Of a DNA stretch of 64,000 nucleotides, positions 9,435 to 18,206 are shown piece by piece. The translations under genes and the position numbers were made by a program. How positions within the stretch are numbered: the stretch's first letter is position 1; every line of letters starts with the position of its first letter. The notes under the pieces were generated by a model. The model made no database searches, had not been told where the DNA came from, and saw only the letters and a program-made list of their open reading frames with translations. Source of the DNA: an uncultured Acidobacteriota bacterium (GTDB lineage Bacteria; Acidobacteriota; UBA6911); contig CAWJKZ010000018.1 in assembly GCA_963843575.1 (NCBI GenBank), forward strand, positions 32,001 through 96,000, in the 5' to 3' direction.

Positions 9435-10493
9435 TTATTTCGCTGCTCCGGCGCGTTTCCGGTATTCGTCCCGATACTTCAGTGCCTCGTCGAAAGCCCC
9501 GGCCGGCACGATCCGGCCGCGTATCCTCGGATATGCGCTCTCTGCGAGCTTGACCCAGGCGTCACGGGCTCTGGCATCAACCGGCACGACGTTCAAGCCC
9601 CGGTCTTTCATCACCTTCACAGCGGTCTCGCCTTCCTTGCGGATCTCGTCCTGCAGCTTCTTGCCCGCCTCCTGCATGACCTGCATCAACGGGGCGTGCA
9701 GGTCGGTCGGAATCCTGTCCCAGACCCGCTTGTCAATGACGGCGGCTCCCAGCAGGAGCTCCCAGTTCAGATCGGTCATATATTTTGCGTAGTGGAAGTA
9801 CTGGGTAATGATCGCCAGTGGGGGAGAGATCGTCACCGCATTGATGAGTCCCGTCTGCAACGCGGTGACGATCTCCGTCGCCGGCTGCGGCACCAGGTTG
9901 AAGCCCAGGGACTTCATGATATCGATCATATCGGTGTCATTGTCCCATGCGCAGAGCTTGAGCTTTTTGAGGTCGTCGGGTGTGGCGACCGGCCTCTGGC
10001 TGAAGAAGTGAACCCAGCCCCCATCGGCCCAATTCAGCACCACGAAGCCCTGCTTCGCGATGTTGGCCTCCAGCGTAGGGCGCATCTTCTCAAAGACGGC
10101 GTACACCTCTTCATAGGAGCCGTACATCATCGGGACGCCCAGGGCGTAGACCGACTTGTCGATCTCGGCCACGCCTGCGACGGTGAGCACGCCGGCGTGC
10201 AGCGTGCCGAGCCTCATCTTGCGGACAATATCCGGATCGTCACCAACGACTCCGCCTGGGTAAATACTGAGGATCACTTTGCCATTGGAAACTTTCTTCC
10301 ACTTGTCAGCCGCCTCTTTGAAGATCTTGTACCACGAGGATCCTCGAGGGACAAGCGTGGCCATCCTGACCTTGATTTGGGCATGCGCCTGCGCGGCAAA
10401 AAGCATAGTCGCCGCCAGTACAATGGCCGCAGTGACAGCAGTCGCCCCCAGTTTTTCAAGCAGGCCCGAGATAAGCGTATCGTTCGATTTCAT
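9435..10493 (-). CDS. dctP: TRAP transporter substrate-binding protein DctP (TatP-type)
   Basis: Signal peptide, MATLVPRGSSW, IYPGGVVGD, ALQTGLIN. Confidence 0.88.
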   Translation of the reverse strand: MKSNDTLISGLLEKLGATAVTAAIVLAATMLFAAQAHAQIKVRMATLVPRGSSWYKIFKEAADKWKKVSNGKVILSIYPGGVVGDDPDIVRKMRLGTLHAGVLTVAGVAEIDKSVYALGVPMMYGSYEEVYAVFEKMRPTLEANIAKQGFVVLNWADGGWVHFFSQRPVATPDDLKKLKLCAWDNDTDMIDIMKSLGFNLVPQPATEIVTALQTGLINAVTISPPLAIITQYFHYAKYMTDLNWELLLGAAVIDKRVWDRIPTDLHAPLMQVMQEAGKKLQDEIRKEGETAVKVMKDRGLNVVPVDARARDAWVKLAESAYPRIRGRIVPAGAFDEALKYRDEYRKRAGAAK

Positions 10494-10612
10494 GATGTCC
10501 GCCCCCCTTTAATCTTGTGGCGCTCATGTTGCACAAACAGTTCAGCGATACAGCCGAGCAGCCATCGGGCCCGCCGTTGCGCGACGAGATTCTCCACACG
10601 CGTTTCCCGCGC
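10490..10612 (-). pseudogene. C-terminal remnant of TatT (TRAP T-component)
   Basis: ETRVENLVAQRRARWLLGCIAELF matches the TatT C-terminal pattern. Its stop overlaps the dctP start (ATGA). The rest of the gene is absent. Confidence 0.7.
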
Positions 10613-10761
10613 CCTGTTTGCAGCTGCCGGTGCCGTGCTGTGCGCGGCCTGGAAGCGCCGGGCTTTTTCCGCGAGTCTTCCCCTCAGGGGAAGACTCCAA
10701 TCCTGACCGACACGGGCGACCGGGCCGTCGGCCAGGCGCAGGATCCAAATGCTGTGCAGGC

Positions 10762-11795
10762 TCAGAGCCATCCGGCCTGGCGATACCATTGGGCCGTTTC
10801 GCGCAGGCGTTCGGCCAACGTGGCCGCGGGGGACCAACCCAACTGCGTGCGGGCCTTGGCGGATGAGCACGTCCACGACCCGGCCAGGGCTTCGGCCATC
10901 TTGTCGCTGTTCACCCAACCGGGACGTTGCCGCATGCGCGCCCAGCGAGTCGCCGCAAAGCCCGACCAGTCGCATGAGCGGTCCCGGGCATGTGCACCAC
11001 CGTGGCCCGCTTCTTTCCCAATGCCTGTGGCCATGGCCTGTCCCAGTTCGGCATACGTCGGATCGTGCCCCGGCCGCCATGAAGTAGACACCTTGGCCCG
11101 GCGCTCCGTCGGGGTGCAGACGCTCGCCTTTCTCGGCGGCCAGGAGCAGGAGTGCGACCAGGTCGGCCACGTGGATCAGCGAGAACGCGTCGTTCCTCCC
11201 GGCCGGGCACGACATGGAGCCCCGAGCGGGCGATCGGCCGGAACATTTCAAGCACGCCCCGGTCGCCGGGGCCGAAGACGATCGGCGGACGCACGATGGT
11301 GATCTCCATTTCTCCGGCATGCCTGGCCGCGGCCAGTTCGCCCGCCAGCTTGCTGCGACCGTAGGCGGAAACAGGTGCGGGCGAATCGCCTTCCACGCGA
11401 GGTTGGTCGCCGGCGCAAGGCCCCGCCGCGGCCAGCGAGGAAACCACGATCAACACCGGCCGCTCGGCGCGGTCCGCACAGGCAGCCGCGACGGATTCGA
11501 CGCCGCCCGCGTTCACGCGTGCGAAATCGGCCGTCCGCACCGCCTTCACCAGGCCCGCCAGGTGGAACACCACGCCGGCCTGCGACTCCGCCAGCGCCCG
11601 TTCAATGCCGGCGCGATCGGTCGCATCGCCCACGATGAGTTGGGCGCCTGATGATCGTAGTTCGTCGATGCGCGACGTGGCCCGCACCAGGCACGACACC
11701 CGGTCGCCACGCTCGATCAGCCGGCGCACCAGGTGCTGTCCGATAAAGCCGCTGGCCCCAGTGACCAGCACGGATTCTGCTTCCCTGGTTTTCAT
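10762..11795 (-). pseudogene. NAD-dependent epimerase/dehydratase (extended SDR; candidate 3-keto-ceramide reductase), about five frameshifts in the 3' third
   Basis: VLVTGASGFIG, FHLAG, VSSLAA, YGRSK, RPPIVFGPGD. The remainder (FSLIHVADL, SSAKARTQLGW, WYRQAGWL) is split over three frames between about 10940 and 11200. Confidence 0.85.
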
Positions 11796-12034
11796 CGTCG
11801 TACCCTCCGCCGGGCGGCAACGATCACCAACCATAATTCTTGTCGGGATTATACGCGGTTCTCCAGTAAGAACCAACCCTCGCGGCCGGGCGGCGCCGGC
11901 CCAACGATTGAAAAGGCTTCTGCAAAATGGGTCAGGACTGGCGGTTTTCATCACTCAAATTGGGCTTGCAGTACTACGCGGACGAGAGATAATCAAGGAG
12001 AGATGCTCCACGATGATCGTGAGGTGACAGTCCT

Positions 12035-13202
12035 ATGGAAAATCCCGTCTCAAACGGAACGCTCATGGCCGGCATCGAGATCGTTGTTGTGGAAGGAGGT
12101 TCGGAACTAAAGGACTTCATCGACCTCCCCTGGAATCTCTATGCCGAGTACCCCAGATGGGTTCCTCCCCTCAAGAAGGAGGTTCGCCGGCTGCTGGATC
12201 CCCGCCGGCACCCTTTCTGGTCGTCTGCCGAGCGCCGGCTCTTTCTGGCCCGGCGCGGTTCGCAGGCGGTGGGCAGGATCGCGGGCATCATCGATCGTCG
12301 CTATAATGAGTTCCACGACGAACAGATGGGCATTTGGGGATTCTTCGAATGCGCTGACGATCCGGCGGCGGCAGCGGCCCTCTTTTCCGCCGTGGAGACG
12401 TGGGCTCGCCGGAAGGGCATGGCCTTCGTCAGGGGGCCGCTCAACCCGTCCACCAATTACGAGGTCGGGCTGCTCGTCGAGGGCTTCGATTATCCGCCGG
12501 CGTTGATGATGGCTTACAACCCGCCGTACTACTCCAGATTGGTCGAATCGTGCGGTTTCGCCAAAGAGAAGGACTTGGTCGCCTTCCTGATCGATGGCGA
12601 TTACCGGCTTCCCGAGTGGATGGACAGTCTGGCTGGACGGATAGCCCGAAAAAAAGGCATCCACATCCGGCCCTTTCGTCCCAAGGATGAGGACGCCGAG
12701 TTTGCCCGGATCAAGGAGATCTACAATGACTCCTGGTCCGCTAACTGGGGTTTCGTCCCCCTGAGCGATGAGGAGATGCGGGACATTCAGAAGAGCGTGA
12801 TGACCTTCGCGGATCCCGACCTGGCTTTCTTCATCTATTACGAGGACGAACCGGCGGCGGTCTGCGTAATCTTCCCCGACATCAACCCATTGCTCAAGCG
12901 TCTCAACGGGCGGATCGGCCTGCTGGGTTTGCTGAAGGCGCTCCTCTATCGCCGGGAGATCACCGGATTGCGATGTTTGATGTTCGGGATCAAGGACAAG
13001 TACCGGCAATTGGGAATCCCCATGTTGGCCTTCCACCACATCTTTGAGGTTGTGCAGGCAAAAGGACAAATACCGTTCTCTGGAGTTGGGCTGGACCCTG
13101 GAGGACAATGAGGCCGTCAACACCTTGGCCGTGGAAGCGGGCGCAAGACCATACAAGAGATATCGCATATTCAGAAAATCTTTGTCATTCCGCGTCGCGT
13201 AA
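12035..13202 (+). CDS. GNAT N-acyltransferase, YghO / bacterial ceramide synthase (bCerS) family, one frameshift near 13060
   Basis: FIDLPW..Y..WVPPL, GRIAG, WGFFE, RGPLNPSTNYEVGLLVEGF, YNPPYY, NWGFVP, PDIN. The conserved tail ELGWTLEDN...YKRYRIF continues in another frame to TAA 13200-13202. Alternative start at 12065. Confidence 0.85.
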
Positions 13203-13231
13203 ACGGCTGGCATTTCAGTGGAGGTCTGGGC

Positions 13232-16200
13232 ATGTTGGCTGAGGAGCAGGTTCCCATCATTGCTTTTGTCTGGAGACCTGGCGAGATAAGCCCGCCTGTG
13301 TCCGAAATGGCACAACGCACGGGCAGCCGGGCCATCTTCGATTTTTCCACGATGGGGGCGGAAGCACTGCATTCGTTCTTACAAACGGCTGACCCTGCTG
13401 GCCATGTCAGCGATATCAAGATTTCCGCCTCCGCCCTGATGAATCCATCCATCGGCCGGATCCTGAAGGAAACAGGTGCCCGGAATCTCTGGGTGGAATG
13501 CCAGTCCCAGTTCTTCCCGGGGGATCCTTCGGCCTTTCTACAGCGACTGCGGACCTTGTCGGAAGACTACCGCTGCTTTCCCATTGTCGGGGACGTGCCT
13601 CTCCTGGCCGCCATGGTCAAGGATGGTTCGGGCATCGGGCGCATCGTCCTCAAGGGCTGCGAGGCCGCTGGATTCGTGAGCGGCGAGACGACCTTGGTCC
13701 TCTATGCGGCGGCCAAGGAAATGTTGCGCGCCTCTGCGAAGTCTCTGGACGTCCTCATCTGGGGCGGCGTCTCCACCCCCGAGGCGGCCGCGGCCTTCCT
13801 GTCCACCGGAGCCGCCGGTATCGTCTTCGAGAGCGTCCACTGGCTGACTGATCTGGTGGTCATGGACGATCGCCAACGCCAGCAACTCGCCAGACTCCGC
13901 ATGGATTCCACTGCTCTGGTGGGCTTGGACCTGCAGGTTCCGTGTCGCCTTTTCAACAAAGGGAACTCGCTGGCCTTCAAGAAGATCCAGGCGTTCGAGG
14001 ACTCGCTGTGCGCCGCCGAGATCACGGACGAAAGCCGTCGTGCCTTCGTCGGCCAGGTGCAGGCCAGCGCCCTCCACCCCCTGGACAGCCATTTCACCCA
14101 GAGCGAGGTCATCCCTCTGGGCGTGGAGGCGGCCTTTGCCGCGTCGTTTGCCGAGCGTTTTGGCACCGGAACCGAGAAGGCCGTGAAAGCCTTCATGGCG
14201 GAGATGCGGAACTTGTGCGGCGCAGCCGAGGCGAAGAAGGATTGCTTCCTGGACAGCCCCGTAGCCCGGGAGATGGGCATCAAATACCCCTTTATCCAGG
14301 GTGCCATGTCCTCGATCACCGATATCCCGGAGTTTGCCTCCGAGATTGCTGATGCCGGCGGACTGCCCACCATCGCCCTCGGCCTGATGGATGCCCAGGC
14401 CCGTGACCGCAGGCTGGGACGCTTGCCGGAGATCATGGGCGGACGCCCGTATGCGGTGAATGTCGTCTCTCTGGCCGAGAACCCGTTCCGGGAAACGCAT
14501 CTGGCCTGGATAAAACAACACCGACCCCGTTTTGTCTGGATCGCCGGAGGAGATCTCTCCCCCATAAGAGAATTGCTGCAATGCGGCATTGGCGTCGTGT
14601 ATATCGCCCCTGATGAGGCCCTGTTGAAGCTCGCCCTGGAAGCGGGCGTCCGCTACGTGGTCTGCGAGGGCTACGAGGCCGGCGGCCACGTGGGGCAACA
14701 TAGCACGCTCACCCTGGCGCAAATGGTGCTGGACCTCAAACGTCGCCAGCCATCCCTGTTCCGGGACTGTCGGGTGATCCTGGCCGGGGGCATCTTCAAT
14801 CGGGAAACCGCCTTCATGGCCGGCCTGCTCGGCGCCGACGCCATCCAGATGGGCACGGCCTATCTGGCCACCCGGGAGATCGTTGAAACGGGCGCCCTGG
14901 CGGCCCTCTATCAGCGGATGATCGTGGAATCGCCGCCGGGGGGAACGGTCGTTTCGGGCCAAAGCACCGGACTTCGCGTGCGCTCCTTGAGGACCCCGAG
15001 AGTGGCCGCCGTCTTAGCTCTGGAACGGGAGTTTGCCGCGGGCCACCAGGACGAGCAGTCTTTCCGCAAGAAAATGGAGGAGATGACCGCCGGCAGCCTC
15101 TTCGTCGCGGCCCGAGGCGTGGACCGCCAAAGCGGGCGGCCGCTGGATGAGCAGGCGTGTCTGGAACGCGGGCAATTCATGAGCGGGTCCTGCGCCGGAC
15201 TGATCGGTAAAGTCCAGAAGCTGGAGTCCTTTCACCGCGAGTTGGCCGAAGGCCCGCTCTTGCTCCATCAGCCCTTTGCGACGTCGACCGCAAAAACCTC
15301 GGCACCTTCACCCGACGCGCCGCTACCCGCGGAAATCCCCACTCCCGTGGTTGGCCGGGGACCGAAGGGCGTCGCCCGCCTGAGAGACGATCGCGACCGG
15401 GTGGCCATCAGCGGGATGAGCGTCCTCAATGCCCTCGGGAAGAGCCCGGAAGAGGTCTGGGCGGCAAGCCTGGCCATGAAGAGCGGCGTTACCTTGGTGC
15501 CGTCTTCCCGGTGGAATCACGACCGCTTTTATGATCCGCGGCCGCGCGTCACGGACAAGACCTACTGCCAGGTGGGCGCCTTTGTGGACTTTCATGTCTC
15601 ACGCAATGAACTGGGGATTCCCCCACAGGATTTCCGGACCATGACCTCGGCCACCAGGATCACCATGTGGCTGGCGCAAAGGGCCATTCGGGCCTCCGGC
15701 ATCCTGGAGTCAGGTATCCCGCGCGAGCGCATCGCGGTCCTCATCTCCCAGAACTCCGGAGAGGCGGCGGGCACCCTCACCGGTATGATCATCAGGGAGT
15801 ACGTGCACGAAATCCTCTCCGCCATCAAGCGGGCCGTTCCCCTCACCCCGGATCAGGAGAGCGCCATCGAACGGGAGGTGAAGTCCGGACGCATGGCCCC
15901 GGACGACACCACGCTTCTGGGCCGACTCAACTGCACCGCCGCCGGCTTCATCTGCAACCGCTATGGCTTCATGGGGCCCAGCTATTCGGTCTCCGCCGCC
16001 TGCGCCACCTCCCTGGTCGCGCTCTACAGCGCCCTGCAGATGATCCGCAACGGCATCATCGACGCCGCCATCGTCGGCGGAGGCGAGGATGATCTCACGC
16101 ATCTGCATTTCCTGGAATTCTCCGCCCTGGGCGCGCTTTACGGGTTGTCGGGACGGCCGCGGCCGCCTCACGAAACCTCTCGCCCCTTCGATGCTGAAAG

Positions 16201-18112
16201 AGACGGGATGGTCCTCGGCGAAGGCGGGGGCATGATCGTCATCGAGCGCGAGAGCCTGGCCCGCGACAGAGGGGCCCCGGTCCATGCGGTCATCACCGGC
16301 ATGGGCGCAAGCAACAACCATCTGGGCATGGTCGAGTCCTCCAGCGTCACCCAGGAAATCGCCATCCGCGCTTCTTTCCGCGGAATGCCCTATGGGCCCG
16401 ACGCCGTGGACCTGGTGGAATGCCATGCCACAAGTACTCGCCAAGGGGACGTGGAGGAGGTCCGTGCCCTGAAGACATTCTTCAATTCCTCCAAGCGCAC
16501 AGTGCTCACGTCATTCAAATCCCAGATCGGACACACACTGGGCGCCTCTGGCATTAACAACCTCATTCGAGGAGTCATGGCCATGAAGGCGGGGGTTTTC
16601 CCCCCCACCCTCAACTACACGCACCCTGATCCGGAAATCGACTCGAACGGATCGGGTCTCCTCATCGCCCCAGAGCCGCTCGATTGGAAGTGCGAGACCG
16701 GCCGGCCAAGAAGGTTTCAGGTCAACGCCTTCGGGTTTGGAGGTTCCAACTACGTGGTTCAGGTGGAGCAGGCCCTGGATGGTGAGGATACGATTCTGGT
16801 CTCCACGGGCAGAGAGGCGCGTCTCGCCGCGGAGACGGCCGATGACCCTGCCGTGCTCCAGGGCGTCTCTTTCTTCCGGACCGAGATGGCCGGCCGCACC
16901 TGCCGGATGGCCGTTGTCGCACCATCTGCCGAAGAGGCCCTCACGGTCATCGAGCGCTCCGCCTCCCTGGCCGAAGCCGCGGTCGCCTCACCCAAGGCGG
17001 CGCGTTCCCTGGCGCAGCAGGGCCTCTTCATCAGCCCCGAGGATCCGCCCGTGCCGCCGCTCGCTCTGGTCTTTCCCGGACAGGGGGCCCACTATGCCGG
17101 CATGGGCCAGGCGCTCTACGAGTCCTTTCCCGTCATCAAGGAGTGGATGGATCGGGCGGCCGCCGCCGCCACGGACTTCGACCTTCTGCAATTGTTATTC
17201 CATGATCGAGAGGAGAACCTGCAGAAGACCCGCTGGCAGCAACCGGCCCTGTTCGCCCTGGAGCACGCCATGGCTCGATACCTCATCACTCTTGGTATCC
17301 ACCCTGTGGCTATGGCCGGCCACAGTTTGGGCGAACTGACCGCCCTATGCCTGGCCGGTGTCTATTCCCTGGAGGACGGGTTTCGAATCGTGAACAAGAG
17401 GGCCCTCTGCATGGACAAGGCCGCTGCTATGCACGTGGACCCCGGCGTCATGGAGGCCACGGACGCCCCTCTGGATCTGCTGAAAGAGATGATCCGGGGA
17501 CGGAAGGATGTCCACATTGGCAATATCAATTCACCGAACCAGGTCGTCCTGAGTGGCGACACCGAGGCGGTCAAAAATCTTGGTAACAGACTGAAGGAGA
17601 AGGGATACCGGTCCACCCTCCTGCGGGTCAGCATGGCCTTCCACTCTCCTATCATGAGGCTTATCCATGATGAGCTCGAGGCGTACGTTGCCTCCATCCC
17701 ATTTCATTCCCCGCAGATCCCCGTCATCTCCAACACAACCATGGCACCGTACCCATCAGATCCCGGTGAGATCAGGCGCATCCTGATGGCCCACCTGGAA
17801 TCTACCGTCCATTGGATGAATAATGTCCAGACTCTCTGGAATGACTACGGCATCCGGCTCTTCGTGGAGGTGGGTCCCGGCGACATATTGAGCAATCTCA
17901 TCGCCGACACGCTCCCTGAACCGCTGTGCCTCCAGACCTGCCTGCCCACCGCGGAGAGCCACACGTACCGGACCGCCCTGGCGCAGCTCTTCGTTCACGG
18001 ACATCTACAGGTTCGGGAAGAACCGCGGTTCGTCTCCCTCCCGGCATCCCGGAAGGCTCCCGCGTCTCACCGCCACGCCCCAGCCGGAGAACAGTCCTCC
18101 CCGCCCCCTTGA
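13232..18112 (+). CDS. Type I PKS/FAS, N-terminal part: degenerate FabK/NPD domain, FabK/PfaD-like enoyl reductase, KS, AT
   Basis: ER: YPFIQGAM, EGYEAGGHVG, LAGGI, IQMGTAYL. KS triad: SAACATS, ECHATST, KSQIGHT. AT: FPGQG, GHSLGE, MAFHS (malonyl-type). Confidence 0.93.
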   Translation: MLAEEQVPIIAFVWRPGEISPPVSEMAQRTGSRAIFDFSTMGAEALHSFLQTADPAGHVSDIKISASALMNPSIGRILKETGARNLWVECQSQFFPGDPSAFLQRLRTLSEDYRCFPIVGDVPLLAAMVKDGSGIGRIVLKGCEAAGFVSGETTLVLYAAAKEMLRASAKSLDVLIWGGVSTPEAAAAFLSTGAAGIVFESVHWLTDLVVMDDRQRQQLARLRMDSTALVGLDLQVPCRLFNKGNSLAFKKIQAFEDSLCAAEITDESRRAFVGQVQASALHPLDSHFTQSEVIPLGVEAAFAASFAERFGTGTEKAVKAFMAEMRNLCGAAEAKKDCFLDSPVAREMGIKYPFIQGAMSSITDIPEFASEIADAGGLPTIALGLMDAQARDRRLGRLPEIMGGRPYAVNVVSLAENPFRETHLAWIKQHRPRFVWIAGGDLSPIRELLQCGIGVVYIAPDEALLKLALEAGVRYVVCEGYEAGGHVGQHSTLTLAQMVLDLKRRQPSLFRDCRVILAGGIFNRETAFMAGLLGADAIQMGTAYLATREIVETGALAALYQRMIVESPPGGTVVSGQSTGLRVRSLRTPRVAAVLALEREFAAGHQDEQSFRKKMEEMTAGSLFVAARGVDRQSGRPLDEQACLERGQFMSGSCAGLIGKVQKLESFHRELAEGPLLLHQPFATSTAKTSAPSPDAPLPAEIPTPVVGRGPKGVARLRDDRDRVAISGMSVLNALGKSPEEVWAASLAMKSGVTLVPSSRWNHDRFYDPRPRVTDKTYCQVGAFVDFHVSRNELGIPPQDFRTMTSATRITMWLAQRAIRASGILESGIPRERIAVLISQNSGEAAGTLTGMIIREYVHEILSAIKRAVPLTPDQESAIEREVKSGRMAPDDTTLLGRLNCTAAGFICNRYGFMGPSYSVSAACATSLVALYSALQMIRNGIIDAAIVGGGEDDLTHLHFLEFSALGALYGLSGRPRPPHETSRPFDAERDGMVLGEGGGMIVIERESLARDRGAPVHAVITGMGASNNHLGMVESSSVTQEIAIRASFRGMPYGPDAVDLVECHATSTRQGDVEEVRALKTFFNSSKRTVLTSFKSQIGHTLGASGINNLIRGVMAMKAGVFPPTLNYTHPDPEIDSNGSGLLIAPEPLDWKCETGRPRRFQVNAFGFGGSNYVVQVEQALDGEDTILVSTGREARLAAETADDPAVLQGVSFFRTEMAGRTCRMAVVAPSAEEALTVIERSASLAEAAVASPKAARSLAQQGLFISPEDPPVPPLALVFPGQGAHYAGMGQALYESFPVIKEWMDRAAAAATDFDLLQLLFHDREENLQKTRWQQPALFALEHAMARYLITLGIHPVAMAGHSLGELTALCLAGVYSLEDGFRIVNKRALCMDKAAAMHVDPGVMEATDAPLDLLKEMIRGRKDVHIGNINSPNQVVLSGDTEAVKNLGNRLKEKGYRSTLLRVSMAFHSPIMRLIHDELEAYVASIPFHSPQIPVISNTTMAPYPSDPGEIRRILMAHLESTVHWMNNVQTLWNDYGIRLFVEVGPGDILSNLIADTLPEPLCLQTCLPTAESHTYRTALAQLFVHGHLQVREEPRFVSLPASRKAPASHRHAPAGEQSSPPP

Positions 18113-18206
18113 TCGCCCCCCGACCACCCCGGACGGACAGGCCGCCCCGGCCCTTGCCGAAGCGCCTGAGCGTCAGGACCACCTGGAGGCGATTATTCGC
18201 ATCATC

